Shown here: in pieces, positions 1 to 9,453 of the stretch
How positions within the stretch are numbered: position 1 is the first letter of the stretch
Layout: each line of letters begins with the position of its first letter
NCBI GenBank assembly: GCA_963693365.1
Contig: CAVNZM010000008.1
Span: forward strand, 10,193,172 to 10,257,171
DNA: 64,000 bases
Direction: 5' to 3'
From: Amoebidium appalachense
Lineage: Eukaryota; Protista; Ichthyosporea
The notes under the pieces: model-generated
The model's database searches: none
Seen by the model: only the letters and a program-made list of their open reading frames with translations
Told to the model about the DNA's origin: nothing
Made by a program: the position numbers and the translations under genes

Positions 1-759
1 ACCCACATGCTTTTTGTTTGTCACTGACACGTAGTAGTCGCGCCCGATGATATCACCCAGGACGTCAAAGAACACGTTTTTGCCCACACCTTGGACTGAG
101 CGAAAAACAAGTGCAACTCCAGGTTTGATGTCGGGGTACTGAAAGAGCTGTGCCAGCCAGCGACGTGTGTAGAGGTAGGCTGCCTCGTCGTAGTTGCACA
201 ACATGCGAAGATGGTCAAAAAACATGCTGGTTGCCGATTGGACAAGACGTCGTGCAGGGTCGTGCACTATCTTGAGTCCACGGAAAATGTTGAAAGGGCG
301 GCCTTGCCTCATGACGTTTCGTGCACGACGCTTCCCGGTCCGTGGATCTGGGTCTGCCGGGTCAAACACGAAGCGCGAGTACTGCAAAATGTGGTCGCTC
401 TCCATGAACCAGGTGCCCTTGTAGACGCGTGTGATGGGTCGGTTGCGCTCGAAAAACTCCATTCTGAAGAGGTACTTAGAGAGGCATTCTCGCGCGCTCT
501 TGGGTGAGTGCAGCTCGATGACGTGCCGCTCAGTCCTGTGGTCGTAGTTCTTGAGAAGGTATTGTGATCCGCATTCGACAAAGGCCACGTTGCTCTGCAA
601 AAAGCGAATGCAGTTCTCATAAGTCCATGAAATGCTCTGACACGTGCGTGGCTTGAAGCTCAGCCCAAACTGCGGTTCTGGGCTGCAGTCCTCGAATCGC
701 TGAAACAAAGTCTCCTCGGACATGGGAGGGACCTCCAACAGGTGAAATATGGATGACAT
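1..759 (-). CDS. SF3/D5-like helicase paralog, N-terminal 253 aa (3' end outside the window; absent from the ORF track)
   Basis: Manual translation from ATG 759 is open to base 1: MSSIFHLLEV...VFDPADPDPRTGKR...RWLAQLFQYPDIKPGVALVFRSVQGVGKNVFFDVLG. This aligns with VFDPSDPDPKTGER and EWLGHMFQFPARKP...RSIEGTGKNVF of 5250..6755 (Walker A GxGKN). TATATAAAA on the minus strand at about 831-839. Confidence 0.85.
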   Translation of the reverse strand, partial: MSSIFHLLEVPPMSEETLFQRFEDCSPEPQFGLSFKPRTCQSISWTYENCIRFLQSNVAFVECGSQYLLKNYDHRTERHVIELHSPKSARECLSKYLFRMEFFERNRPITRVYKGTWFMESDHILQYSRFVFDPADPDPRTGKRRARNVMRQGRPFNIFRGLKIVHDPARRLVQSATSMFFDHLRMLCNYDEAAYLYTRRWLAQLFQYPDIKPGVALVFRSVQGVGKNVFFDVLGDIIGRDYYVSVTNKKHVG

Positions 760-999
760 CGCTACTGGTGGCTTAGATAATATTTTTTGCCGGCCAGGGG
801 CAGACTGAGCCATTTTTGCATGCACGAGATTTTATATACCTTGCACCCCGGGGTCGCGCGGGGGCTTGGGCCCGGGGGGCACGCCAGGCATGCACGACCG
901 GTGAGGGATGGAAGGCACGGCGGGCTCGCAGGGCCCAGAGCCTCGTGGGCCACCCAAGCCCCCAACCGTGTCCCACCACCTAAAACCACCCTCAAGCCG

Positions 1000-1308
1000 A
1001 TGGAGCTGCAGTTCCTGCGGGACCTGCTGAAGCGCGAGAACGGGTTTGAGGGTGCGCCCGCGTTCGAAGACGGCGTGAGGGTTACTCCTGCTGCCCTCTT
1101 CCGACTCTACCAGTCCTGGTGGGAACACAACACACCCGACAAGTCCAAGCGGCCCACCCAGCGCGACTTTGGGATTGCAGTTACGGCCATCCTGGGAAAA
1201 ATTAAGAGCACCCGCGTCAATACAATAGCCTACGGCGCTGAAGGTTGTGAGGCCGCTTCAGGCTTTACACGCTGCTATGGTCTCGATCGCAAACTTATCG
1301 GAGTGTAG
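1000..1308 (+). CDS. Stand-alone copy (102 aa) of the helicase C-terminal, putative winged-helix DNA-binding domain
   Basis: MELQFLRDLLKRENGFEG...LYQSWWEHNTPDKSKRPTQRDFG...TRCYGLDRKLIGV is nearly colinear with the product of 6432-6755 (MELQFLRDLMNRENGFEG...LYQQWWDRNTPDKSKRPTMRDFG...TRCYALDRKLIGL). Confidence 0.7.
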   Translation: MELQFLRDLLKRENGFEGAPAFEDGVRVTPAALFRLYQSWWEHNTPDKSKRPTQRDFGIAVTAILGKIKSTRVNTIAYGAEGCEAASGFTRCYGLDRKLIGV

Positions 1309-1328
1309 CGTGCTTGTGTGGCGTGTTG

Positions 1329-1555
1329 TGTGGCTAGTGGCTAGAACGTGGCCAGATCCGAGAGCCAATCAAATCGCGCCATTGGGTCCTCTGTGGCTAC
1401 TGTGGCTACTTTTTCTCTTTGTGGCTACTGTGGCTAGAGAACTAAATCGGTGGCGGGGGTTGTGTTTGGCGGCTTTTGATTGGCTGTTGCTAGGGAGATC
1501 TCTGGTTTGGGTGTGAGTCGGAAAGAAGTGGACACAGTAGCCACAATAGCCACGC
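1329..1555. repeat. Cluster of GTGGCTA heptamers (direct pairs plus an inverted pair) with CCAAT/ATTGG boxes
   Basis: gtggctagtggctag (about 1329), gtggctactgtggctac (about 1393), gtggctactgtggctag (1421), inverted tagccacaatagccac (about 1538); agccaatcaaa at about 1363 and tgattgg at about 1477. Confidence 0.7.
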
Positions 1556-2000
1556 GGTTGGGGTAGCTGGGTAGGCAGGTCGTAGGTAATTTTTACACTG
1601 GAAATATTTTTGCCCTTTTTATTTTTTTCTAAAAGTAAGTTACTACTCTTTCGACCTTACTACCACTAAGTAAACGAACAACCCAAGCAAATAATTTATA
1701 CTAAAACCCATTTTGGTGTGTGTTGGGGTCGCTACTTGTCGTAAGATCCCCATGGCTATGCAAGTGAACCGAGAAGGTCTTGCCAGGACACAGGAGCTCC
1801 CCGCAGCGTGGCCGGGAGGGGCTGGGCGGGCCTGCGCAGGGCCCGGGTGGCCGGGAGGGGCACGGCAGGCACGGTGGTCTCGCCGGCGGCACGAGCCTCG
1901 CGTGCCACGCATGCCACCCCCCGCCACCCAGCCCCCAGGCCCCCAGGCGGCGCGGATGGGTGACCGAGGACGACCGATATGGACTCGACTCGGGTTGGGT

Positions 2001-2876
2001 TTATTGACGTGCCGCGGCGGCCCAGGCAGCAAACGCCGCGCGGCCATCCGCAAGCGCCTGCGCGACCTTCCCGGGGTCGACGTCCATGGGCGACGCAAAC
2101 AGCCTCCGCTCCGGAGCGACCACCACGAGGCGATCTCCGAGGCGGGTGCGGAGGTTGGCGAACTCGGTGGCCGCTAGCTCGGTGCTCGAGTCACGCTGCA
2201 GCGCATAGCAGAGCTCCATGCCCGTTTTTGGCACGGATTCTGCGGGACAGTGCGCCAGCGAGTCGCACAGCACCGTGACGTAGATGCCGTCGAACCCATC
2301 TGCGGCATCCTCGAGTGCTTTGGTGAGGGGCACCAGCTCAGAGACGCCGCCGTCCAGAAACACGGTGCCGCCGTACTCGACGGGGGGGACCGCGAGTGGA
2401 AGGGCCGAAGACGCGCGCATGCCGACCTGGTACTCGGGCCCTGTGAACCACCGCTCCTTCTTGTTGAGGAAGTCCCAGGCGACGCAGTGGCAGCGCGTGT
2501 AGATGTCCGCGTCGATGCCCTCCAGAAGCGCCGCCGCACGCTCCTGCAGGGTGAAGCGGCTGTACGCCGCCCCGTACAGCATTGACCCCACAACCGTCCT
2601 CCAGGTTTTCGGAAGCAGCGCCATTGCGCCACCCCACGGTTCCACAATGTCCTCCACGCACTTCAGCTTCCCCAGCTCGCGCGCCAGGTCGTCCAGGCGG
2701 TCGGCAACCACGAACGGCGCCACCAGCGCGCCGACGGACGTGCCGTACACCCTGTCGACCCGGTACAGCCCCGACGCGAGCATCCCCTGCATGAACCCGA
2801 CTTGGAAGCAGCCCTTGACGCCGCCCCCGGGCAGCAGGACCCGCACACGTGTCCTGGCTTGGGAGGGTGTGTCCAT
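2001..2876 (-). CDS. Patatin-like phospholipase (291 aa)
   Basis: Glycine loop GGGVKG, nucleophile elbow GTSVG, SSALP and catalytic DGG motifs all present in order; start at ATG 2876 (MDTPSQ). Confidence 0.92.
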   Translation of the reverse strand: MDTPSQARTRVRVLLPGGGVKGCFQVGFMQGMLASGLYRVDRVYGTSVGALVAPFVVADRLDDLARELGKLKCVEDIVEPWGGAMALLPKTWRTVVGSMLYGAAYSRFTLQERAAALLEGIDADIYTRCHCVAWDFLNKKERWFTGPEYQVGMRASSALPLAVPPVEYGGTVFLDGGVSELVPLTKALEDAADGFDGIYVTVLCDSLAHCPAESVPKTGMELCYALQRDSSTELAATEFANLRTRLGDRLVVVAPERRLFASPMDVDPGKVAQALADGRAAFAAWAAAARQ

Positions 2877-3117
2877 GTTGATGTAGCCGAGAGAAAAAAC
2901 AGACATGTGCAACATGTTTCAATATTTGAAATTCCCACGACCCGGGCATGCACGGCCGGCCGGGAGGGGGCGGGGCGGGGCGGGGCACACAGGCCCGGCC
3001 CGGGAGGCAGGCGTGGCGCGTGCGCTGGGGAGAAACGCGGGCCACCCCCAGCCACCCCAGCCCCCCACCGGGAACCAGTCAACACGGGGTTGGTTTGGGG
3101 TGTGTTGATTGGCCATT

Positions 3118-4410
3118 ATGACAGCAGCGCCCGATTTTACCCTGCTCCCTCCACAGCCAATGAACGTCGAGTGCCATCGATCAGTTGTGTCCGATTGGAG
3201 AACATGTACCGCGGGCCGAATTGGGAATTTTGAATGGCGTCGCGTGAGAGCCCGGGACCGCCACAGCCAATGGGCGACGGCCGGGCCTCCCAACGGCTCG
3301 GCACAAGGGTACATAAGCACAGACGGTGTTGTCAAAAGCACACTCTTACTGCAGCGTGACAAGTGGGCTTTTGGAATTGCCAACATGACGCACATTGAGC
3401 GTATTCACATTCTCGGTGAGGACCGCGAGCCCCGGTTCGCCTACCAACCGGAGCTGTTCTACACGCTGCACCTGCACCCCGAGGCGCCTGGCTCGATCCG
3501 CATGGGCACCGCCGCGATCTTCAGCACGAAGACAGGGGAGGAGAGGGTGTGGCCGGTCGACGTAATCCTCTCCGGGCCGGTACCGCGGCAGTTTGTCGAC
3601 GAGGAGGGGCGGTGGACCCAGCGGGACAGTTCCACAGCCTGCGACGACCCCCGCTTCGTCGGGCGTGGCAGCGCGGTGTGGCGTGCACTGTACGACGAGC
3701 TCCAGGCGCCGGCGCTGCGCAGCCTCATCCCCGACGACACGGGCCTCGGGTTTCTCCTCCGCAAGTGCCCCCACCCCGACTTCAACGATGTGGACAACGA
3801 CGAGGTGATCACCGTCGAGGAGACGGAGCACGTCTGGGGTGTGAGGCTTGGGCAGGCGATGGCGGCTCCGACCGTGGTTCGGCCGCTCCACCAGGTCGTC
3901 GAGAGCGCGACGGTCCGCGCGGCACCGGTGCCGGACGAGCAGTGTTCCGTGTACGCATTGAACACGTTGGCCAGCGACGAGGTGGCCAGGACGGTAGAAA
4001 TGTTTGAGGTCTGGCCGGTGCTTCATTGTGGGCAGCCCGCGCTGCGCCTGGGTCTCTACTGCCTGCTGGCCGAGGGGGCGCTGGCCGAGCGCTTTGTGCC
4101 CCTGGACGTCATCGTCCAAGGCGACTGGGTCGAGGCCAAGATCGACGAGCACGGGAAGTGGAGGGCCGGAGCGGTGGTTGGGCGAAGGGCGGTGGGCAGC
4201 GAGGATGCGTTCCACCTCCAGATTGAAATTGCGCTCGACCAGCACATGGAGTTGGGGGTGATGTCGCGGCAGATGCTGGGAATGGATGCTACCAGGGAGG
4301 AGGTGCTTGAAGTTGCACCACGCAGAATGTACGAGGAGGATTGTGACGTGCGCACCGTGGAGTCCAAATTCCCGTTCGAGGCCCACGCGTTTAAGCATCT
4401 ATTTTCGTGA
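3118..4410 (+). CDS. Hypothetical protein (430 aa) with an internally duplicated domain
   Basis: Long GC3-rich ORF; repeat blocks EERVWPVDVILSG..FVDEEGRW and AERFVPLDVIVQG..KIDEHGKW; DNDEVITVE and DCDVRTVE. Confidence 0.75.
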   Translation: MTAAPDFTLLPPQPMNVECHRSVVSDWRTCTAGRIGNFEWRRVRARDRHSQWATAGPPNGSAQGYISTDGVVKSTLLLQRDKWAFGIANMTHIERIHILGEDREPRFAYQPELFYTLHLHPEAPGSIRMGTAAIFSTKTGEERVWPVDVILSGPVPRQFVDEEGRWTQRDSSTACDDPRFVGRGSAVWRALYDELQAPALRSLIPDDTGLGFLLRKCPHPDFNDVDNDEVITVEETEHVWGVRLGQAMAAPTVVRPLHQVVESATVRAAPVPDEQCSVYALNTLASDEVARTVEMFEVWPVLHCGQPALRLGLYCLLAEGALAERFVPLDVIVQGDWVEAKIDEHGKWRAGAVVGRRAVGSEDAFHLQIEIALDQHMELGVMSRQMLGMDATREEVLEVAPRRMYEEDCDVRTVESKFPFEAHAFKHLFS

Positions 4411-4440
4411 CAGACGGGTGAACCTGGCGAACTTGGTGAT

Positions 4441-4578
4441 TGCGCATATGTGAGCCTAAACCCTAAGGGTTGTGTGGGGGGTGGGGGGTGGGTGTGTATT
4501 TGTGTTGGTTGCGCATATGTGAGCCTAAACCCTAACGGTTGTGTGGGGGGTGGGGGGTGGGTGTGTATTTGTGTTGGT
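4441..4578. repeat. 69-bp tandem duplication containing a telo-box-like CCTAAACCCTAA and G-runs
   Basis: tgcgcatatgtgagcctaaaccctaa...gtgtatttgtgttggt occurs at 4441 and 4510. Confidence 0.85.
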
Positions 4579-4760
4579 CATTTGCCCCCAGGATGGGTCA
4601 AAACGCGCAGCGCGCAAATAAACCACAAAAACACACGAGCGCGCCCCCCCGAGAGGCGCGCGAGGCGCGCGAGGCGCGCATGCCTCGCATGCCCCGCATG
4701 CCCCGCGCGCGAATATCAACAAAACAAAAGAACGTCAAATTTTTTTGGTGTTTCATAGCG

Positions 4761-5231
4761 ATGGACATCACACAATCTGGGCCAGCGCAACTCCTTGTCA
4801 CCGTACAGGAGTACACATGCCCGGAATGTCTCAAATCATTTTCATCCAAACATAGCCTGTCACGGCACCGCAACACACACACGCGCTCCCAGGTTTTCCC
4901 TTGTTCCCACCGTGATTGCTTTGCCACGTTCTCTCGCAAAGACCATCTGCTTCGGCACGCTCTGGCCCACACTGGTCGTCGCCCGTATGCGTGCCAAACC
5001 TGCTCTGCCACCTTCACTTATCCTTCGGCACTCTGGAACCACACACGGATCATCCACAACGGTTACAGACCACAAAGAAAGCGCGCACCTGGCCGCTTCC
5101 AGTGTCCAAGTGAGGGGTGTCATGCCGGCTTTGCATGGTCCTCTGCTCTGAACAGGCACATCCAGACTGAGCATCCCGAAATCCTTGCCGGGCCACAGGT
5201 ATATAAGCCCAAGGGATCCGACAAAATATAA
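4761..5231 (+). CDS. C2H2 zinc-finger protein (4 fingers, 156 aa)
   Basis: CPEC..F..L..H..H, CSHRDC..FSRKDHLLRHALAH, TGRRPY linker, CQTC..H..H, CPSEGC..H..H; ATG at 4761. Confidence 0.9.
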   Translation: MDITQSGPAQLLVTVQEYTCPECLKSFSSKHSLSRHRNTHTRSQVFPCSHRDCFATFSRKDHLLRHALAHTGRRPYACQTCSATFTYPSALWNHTRIIHNGYRPQRKRAPGRFQCPSEGCHAGFAWSSALNRHIQTEHPEILAGPQVYKPKGSDKI

Positions 5232-5249
5232 TCTCAGCCTTCTTACATC

Positions 5250-6755
5250 ATGGAGGCCATCCGTTCGGATTTGGAGCTGGGGTGCGATGTTCATCGGGAA
5301 CGGCTCCGTGTTGCGTTTGAGGAATTTGAACGACTCACCGGCACCTGCAACAACTGGATTCCTCCAAGCTACATAGGCAATTACATCTGGAACATGGACC
5401 AGGTGTACACTTTCTGTCGGACATTGCTCGCTTACTCAAACAAAGACCAGGTGTATATCGTGAAGCATTTTGAAGACGGTCGGTTCGTCCATCAGATCAG
5501 GTCAAAGGAGAAGGCGATTGACATGATGTCCAAATACGAATTCAAATACTTCAACGAAAAGGGGGAGCTTGACTACTACAAGGGGTCCACATACGTCAAC
5601 GATGTGCATGGAATCCTGGTGTACTACAAAGGCGTTGTCTTTGACCCGAGCGACCCAGACCCTAAAACGGGTGAGCGTAACCCTACCTACACCGACGTCT
5701 ACAATCGCGCATTCAACAGTTTTCCGGGATTCAAGTTCATCTACGACCCCGCCTTTGTTGTCGACGAGGCCCTCATCGCCCCCTTCAAGAATCACGCAAA
5801 GGAGGTTATATGTGCGGGAGACGACGGCCTATATCGCTATGTCATCGAATGGTTGGGGCACATGTTTCAGTTTCCAGCGCGCAAACCGGAATCGGCCTGG
5901 CTCATGCGCAGCATCGAGGGCACAGGCAAGAACGTGTTCGTGAAGATCATCCAAAACGTATTGGGCGACGATCTGGTCGGTGTGGTGGAGACGGAGGATC
6001 GCCTGGCCACCCGGTTCAACATAGGCATAACGTTCAAGATGTTGGTTGTGTGCAACGAGGTCACCTACGGAAAGAGCCACCGGACCCCCAACCATCTGAA
6101 GACTCTCATTACTGACGACACGATGACGTACGAGTCTAAGGGCATCGACGCGGTCAAGGTCAAGTCATGTGAACGGTGGATCTTGATGTCCAACGAGCAG
6201 CATCCCATTCCCGTGAGCCGCACTGACCGCCGCTACGCCTGCATGGAGGTGTCTGACAAGCGCGTCGGTGACGAGAGGTATTTCAGAAACCTGGTGCAGC
6301 AATACAGCAACGGTGCACCCGCCCTGAAGCATCTGTACCACTGGCTGATGAGAGTTCCCGTATCGGACCCTAACCGGGTGCTACCACCGATGACTGGCTT
6401 GAAGCGACAGTTGCAGGACCTGAGTGGACCGATGGAGCTGCAGTTCTTGCGCGACTTGATGAATCGTGAAAATGGGTTCGAGGGTATGGAAAATTTGAGT
6501 GATGGTGCTCGAGTTCCACCGTCGGCGTTGTTCGGTCTGTACCAGCAATGGTGGGACCGAAACACACCCGACAAGTCCAAAAGACCTACCATGCGGGACT
6601 TCGGGATGACCGTCACTGCCATTTTGGGAAAGATTAGAAGTACTCGCATCACCACGATCGCATACGGCGCTCAGGGATGTGATGCCGCTTCCGGTGTCAC
6701 TCGATGCTACGCCCTCGACCGTAAACTCATCGGGCTTCCGGATGCGAGTAGCTAA
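5250..6755 (+). CDS. SF3 (D5-like / DUF5906-type) DNA helicase, 501 aa
   Basis: Walker A EGTGKN, Walker B LVVCNE, LKTLITDD..ESKG, motif C ILMSNE, arginine finger DRRY, followed by a ~105-aa C-terminal domain. Confidence 0.9.
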   Translation: MEAIRSDLELGCDVHRERLRVAFEEFERLTGTCNNWIPPSYIGNYIWNMDQVYTFCRTLLAYSNKDQVYIVKHFEDGRFVHQIRSKEKAIDMMSKYEFKYFNEKGELDYYKGSTYVNDVHGILVYYKGVVFDPSDPDPKTGERNPTYTDVYNRAFNSFPGFKFIYDPAFVVDEALIAPFKNHAKEVICAGDDGLYRYVIEWLGHMFQFPARKPESAWLMRSIEGTGKNVFVKIIQNVLGDDLVGVVETEDRLATRFNIGITFKMLVVCNEVTYGKSHRTPNHLKTLITDDTMTYESKGIDAVKVKSCERWILMSNEQHPIPVSRTDRRYACMEVSDKRVGDERYFRNLVQQYSNGAPALKHLYHWLMRVPVSDPNRVLPPMTGLKRQLQDLSGPMELQFLRDLMNRENGFEGMENLSDGARVPPSALFGLYQQWWDRNTPDKSKRPTMRDFGMTVTAILGKIRSTRITTIAYGAQGCDAASGVTRCYALDRKLIGLPDASS

Positions 6756-7264
6756 AAGTGTAACCAGTGAACGTTGAGTAACGTTACGTAGCTACTTGTA
6801 ACAGCCAATCAAAACGCGTCCTTTGCGTCATTTTTTTGATTTGTAACACCTGTGGCTAATATTCCTTAAGTGTAGCTAGAGTAGCTATCAAATCAAATCG
6901 GTGGGGGGAAGGGGAGTGGTTGCATCTGATTGGCGGATGGGGGGGCGTTGCTATGGAAACCGTTTTTTTGGGGTGATTGGAAAATAGTGGTTACGACAAG
7001 CTACGAAGCTACGCTCGGGGTGTAGGGGGCGGTGAGTGCGCCCGAGTGGCGCGCGAGGCCCCGAGAGGCGCGCGAGGCGCGCGAGGCCTGGGAGGCCCGC
7101 CCGCCCGGCGAGCCACGCGTGCCACGCATGCCACGCATGCCCCCAGGCCCCGCCCTGGGTCGGGAATTTGGCGAGCAATTGGTCAATGTGACCATTTGCC
7201 GTTTTGCTTGCAACTTGGTTGTGAATGCAATCGATCGGTCAATGTGACCGGTTGCCATTTTGGT

Positions 7265-7326
7265 TGTGTGTGTGTGTGTGGGTGTGGGTGTGTATGGGTC
7301 GGGCTGTGTGTGTGTGTGTGTGTGTG

Positions 7327-7385
<59 letters not shown>
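7265..7385. repeat. (GT)n microsatellite inside the viral element
   Basis: Interrupted TG dinucleotide run seen directly. Confidence 0.95.
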
Positions 7386-7388
<3 letters not shown>

Positions 7389-7536
7389 ACTAGAACATGT
7401 TAGCCAAACGCCTCGCGATTTGAGGCTTTTGAAATGCTTGTCCGTGACCACCCGCTCCAGTGGTGTGCTGCACCCTCCCGCTGGTCGGGTACAAAAGGCG
7501 CCGCGCACAAAATAAAATCGCAGTCTAACACTGAAG

Positions 7537-8904
7537 ATGTCTTCAAACATATCTCCTCCTCCGTACACGCCCATCGGCCCCACCTGGAAGCCCGCTCCCG
7601 ACCACGAGTCGCGCGTGGACACGTCTTCGGTTCCCGCGTGGCCCGGCGTGCGCCCATTCTTCGCGCCGGACGGGGAGAAGGTGCTGACGTACCTCACGAA
7701 GTTCGACGGGCACGTGTTCTTCAACGCGGGGTACAGCGCTATACTAGGCACCCATGAAACGGGTACAGTCAAAAAACCCGTTTGCTGGAAAAGGGACAAC
7801 GAGAGTGTCATCAAGAAAACGTGCGAGCTCCTTGGTGCTATCAACGGAGAAGAGGGGACAAGTGGTTTACCCCATTTGTCCTCTGATTGGCTGGTTCGAT
7901 CAGCTTTTGCAAACATCAAGAAGCTGCCTGCGGTTGGCCAGCCGGATGGCTCGGTCGCGTATGCCTTCGCCACCCACGACCTGACGCCCACCTTGGAGAT
8001 GTACCGCGGGACCTGGTTCGCGTTCGAGCTGACCGCGCCGTTCCTGCGCTACTGCTTTCCCGCGCTGCGGGACTTCTGGGACGGCGTGATGGTCAAGTCG
8101 CACCTGGGCCAGATGGACTACTTCGCGGATCTGGTGCGCATCGCCGACCAGGGTCGCGGCGACGGTGCAAAGACCAAGTCCGTGCACATCGACATGGAGG
8201 CCGCGGACGCGGAGGGCCCGCGCGCGGTAAAGCGTGAGCGCGAGGACGACGGGGAGCATCAGGTGGCCAAGCGCAACCCGCTGGATGCCATGCTGGAACC
8301 GAGCAACTGGTTCAAGCCGGGAGTGGACTTCGACACCGCGCTCGAGCAACTCAACAAGTTCATAACCACCGCGCACCGCGACATCTGTACCAACTACTGC
8401 CCCGAGGCGCTCGCGGCGGTCAAGCGCGCGGAGGAGGTGGAGCGACAGGAGCGGGCCAAACAAGACACAATCCAGCGGGGCATCGACTCGACAATGGCCA
8501 TGGTGAAGGCCGTGCGCGAGATGAAGGCGGAGCTCAAGGGACTGGACGTGCACTTTGTGGCGTGGCGGCAGCTGAATTTCGAGTGGTCGCTCAAGGCCGC
8601 GGGCGGAGCGTGCGTGTACGCGCTGCACATCGACGGATACGTCAAAATTGGGCACACGGGCAACTCACTCTTCCAGCGCTACAAGCACGATCTGTGGTCC
8701 CATGACATGAAGGAGTTGATCGTGGTCTGTATGCCCCATCGAAACAAGAACGAGGCGGAGCAGTTCGAGAAGCTGGTGCAGAACCAGCTCAAGCAGGTTC
8801 GGGTGATGGTGGGCAACAAGCGCGAGATGTTCGCGGCGGACTACGTGCGCGTGTCAAACGCGTTCAGGGAGGTGTACGGGGACGACGACATCCGCTTTGT
8901 GTAG
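7537..8904 (+). CDS. 455-aa protein with coiled coil and C-terminal T5orf172/MUG113-like (GIY-YIG superfamily) domain
   Basis: C-terminus CVYALHIDGYVKIGHTGNSLFQRY...EQFEKLVQNQLKQVRV...KREMF matches the VY..yKIG.T...R...E..lh..l...r....EwF pattern. Confidence 0.7.
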   Translation: MSSNISPPPYTPIGPTWKPAPDHESRVDTSSVPAWPGVRPFFAPDGEKVLTYLTKFDGHVFFNAGYSAILGTHETGTVKKPVCWKRDNESVIKKTCELLGAINGEEGTSGLPHLSSDWLVRSAFANIKKLPAVGQPDGSVAYAFATHDLTPTLEMYRGTWFAFELTAPFLRYCFPALRDFWDGVMVKSHLGQMDYFADLVRIADQGRGDGAKTKSVHIDMEAADAEGPRAVKREREDDGEHQVAKRNPLDAMLEPSNWFKPGVDFDTALEQLNKFITTAHRDICTNYCPEALAAVKRAEEVERQERAKQDTIQRGIDSTMAMVKAVREMKAELKGLDVHFVAWRQLNFEWSLKAAGGACVYALHIDGYVKIGHTGNSLFQRYKHDLWSHDMKELIVVCMPHRNKNEAEQFEKLVQNQLKQVRVMVGNKREMFAADYVRVSNAFREVYGDDDIRFV

Positions 8905-8954
8905 AACTATCTGTGTCGCACATTTGAAGATGGATTACTCAAGCAATCACTCAA

Positions 8955-8979
8955 GCAATCACTCAAGATGAGTGATTGC
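8955..8979. terminator. 11-bp perfect hairpin preceded by 12-bp direct repeats, 50 bp after the stop of 7537..8904
   Basis: gcaatcactca-aga-tgagtgattgc; three actcaag units spaced 12 bp apart at 8937-8967. Terminator role is inferred. Confidence 0.4.
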
Positions 8980-9453
8980 CAGTTTCGTTTGCATCCAGGA
9001 GCACGAGATCCCCAACCCCCAGTCCTGCACCAAACATTTATTACACAAAACCCGCTCCAGGCGAGCTACATAAAGTGAACCTTCAAGTTGTCCGCCGTGT
9101 GGTGTTTTACGTGGAATGGGGCCAATAGCTTCTCTGTGTCTTCAATCGAAACCAGCCTGCAGTACAGAACACCCAAGTCGTTCGTCGCCTCGTGCCAGTC
9201 GTAAAACATGTATATCACTCGGATGCGTCCTTCGTTGAAAGGTTTCTTGACAGCCGTGTGCACATTTGCGGGAGACAGCATGCGCAACAGAGGATGCCAC
9301 AAAATCTCCTTGGTCAGGTGGAGTCATATTTTCAGATTCACAGCTGGCTCTTGTGAGTAGGCACTGATATTATTGCGCGCGTGTAGCAGTGTGTTGTGCA
9401 TCAACAACAGCCGCGTCTATAAAAACCCTATTCACCACGCAAACACCTCCACA

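Noticed and set aside
3346-4398. 350-aa minus-strand ORF (likewise 7900..8655 and 9370..9990)
   Set aside because: Antisense shadows of GC3-rich genes on the plus strand.
9066-9302. 78-aa minus-strand ORF between the T5orf172-like and YqaJ genes
   Set aside because: TTG start, in-frame stop just upstream and no recognisable motif; possibly a gene remnant but unsupported.
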